Source of the DNA: Epithemia pelagica
Lineage: Eukaryota; Protista; Bacillariophyta
Assembly: GCA_946965045.2 (NCBI GenBank)
Contig: OX337237.1
Location: forward strand, 992,001 to 1,056,000
DNA: 64,000 nt
Direction: 5' to 3'
Positions 63,244-64,000 of this stretch are shown piece after piece. Numbering within the stretch: position 1 is the stretch's first letter; every line of letters starts with the position of its first letter. Below the pieces are notes generated by a model. That model searched no databases. It was not told where the DNA came from and saw only the letters and a program-made list of their open reading frames with translations. Both the position numbers and the translations under genes were made by a program.

Positions 63244-64000
63244 TATGGGTGAAGTCACCGCCTGGGAATTCCAACACCGAAATCGAAACACTAACCACCG
63301 ATGTTTTTCTGGAAACAACGGAAGGCCAACACAACGACTCTGGTCCGATTCTTCTCTTTCACCTCTCTTTTCTGATCCAAGCAAAGTGTAAAAGAATGAG
63401 CGGGCGGATTGTTATCCGTGTATCATCCACTTCCAAAACCTCCGAAAGCCCACCCAAACAATTCTTGTTTGGATGAGAAGGAAGGTCCGACCAAAGAAAG
63501 AACTGTTGGTCCGATTTATTTTCGTTGGCTGCCTCTTTCGGCTACAAGAACAATGAATCTGTTCGAAGACAGTGAGAAAGGAATCTACAGCCACTCTTTA
63601 ACCTTGTATCATCCAAACAACCAGAGCTTCTTTATCAGGGTCTATATTGTCGATACACAGGAAAGAAGACGACGATCGATGTCCCATATTCTCTAGAGAG
63701 TAATGGTTAATCCCCATACATACAATGAAAGCGATGGCACTCTCCCTAGACGGAGGGAGGGGGCACATCCACTGAACGCCGCCCAACCATCAAATGAGAA
63801 AGCCGGGCGTGCCTGTATCATGGAAGGAATGGGGCCGACGGACGCGCGACGCATGTCTCTCGCGTCGCTCACGCCCCATAGACCAAAACAAGACCATCGT
63901 TGGCACGACCGCCGGGTGCCATTTTGGCCCCCGCTCATCGGACATAATTCTTATCGTCGAATGTCTAATTTTACTATTGATCATCTTATGATTCAAATTT

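Noticed and set aside
60498-63476. Numerous + strand ORFs overlapping the 1086-aa minus-strand ORF
   Set aside because: Antisense shadows of low-complexity coding sequence.
1-64000. CRISPR array, rRNA or prokaryotic operon
   Set aside because: No regularly spaced repeat-spacer array or rRNA-like sequence; introns and targeting peptides indicate nuclear eukaryotic DNA, so GTG/TTG ORF starts were not accepted as real.

Overview
Eukaryotic, diatom-like DNA. The evidence is spliceosomal GT-AG introns, bipartite signal peptide + Phe plastid-targeting N-termini, and CoDi-type Ty1/Copia retrotransposons; the species cannot be named from sequence alone. About 28 kb (~45%) is transposable elements. 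(i) A DDE DNA-transposase gene (3.9-7.2 kb). (ii) A dead Copia ('outer', 14346-31490) carrying an inverted solo LTR inside its 5' LTR and a second full-length Copia ('inner', 16803-27150) inside its pol. (iii) An apparently intact Copia with identical 174-bp LTRs ('third', 42724-49798). Host genes: two duplicated membrane-anchored 2OG-Fe(II) dioxygenases, an APX/CcP-type heme peroxidase, a HemK/PrmC methyltransferase, three ankyrin/MYND-finger paralogs (frameshifted, truncated, intact), two plastid-targeted 2OG oxygenases, a tandem two-domain phosphoglycerate mutase and several hypothetical proteins. Most notable signals: (1) in two very divergent Copia elements gag and pol are in the same frame, separated by a single TGA that is immediately followed by a long stem-loop, a candidate programmed stop-codon readthrough system; (2) a tRNA-shaped element with intact Pol III A and B boxes just after the PBS of the intact Copia; (3) a ~1,100-aa insert with hydrophobic, membrane-like segments between Gag and protease of the inner Copia. 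Identities and alignments were judged by eye. Many ORF-track starts are GTG/TTG and were corrected to ATG where possible.
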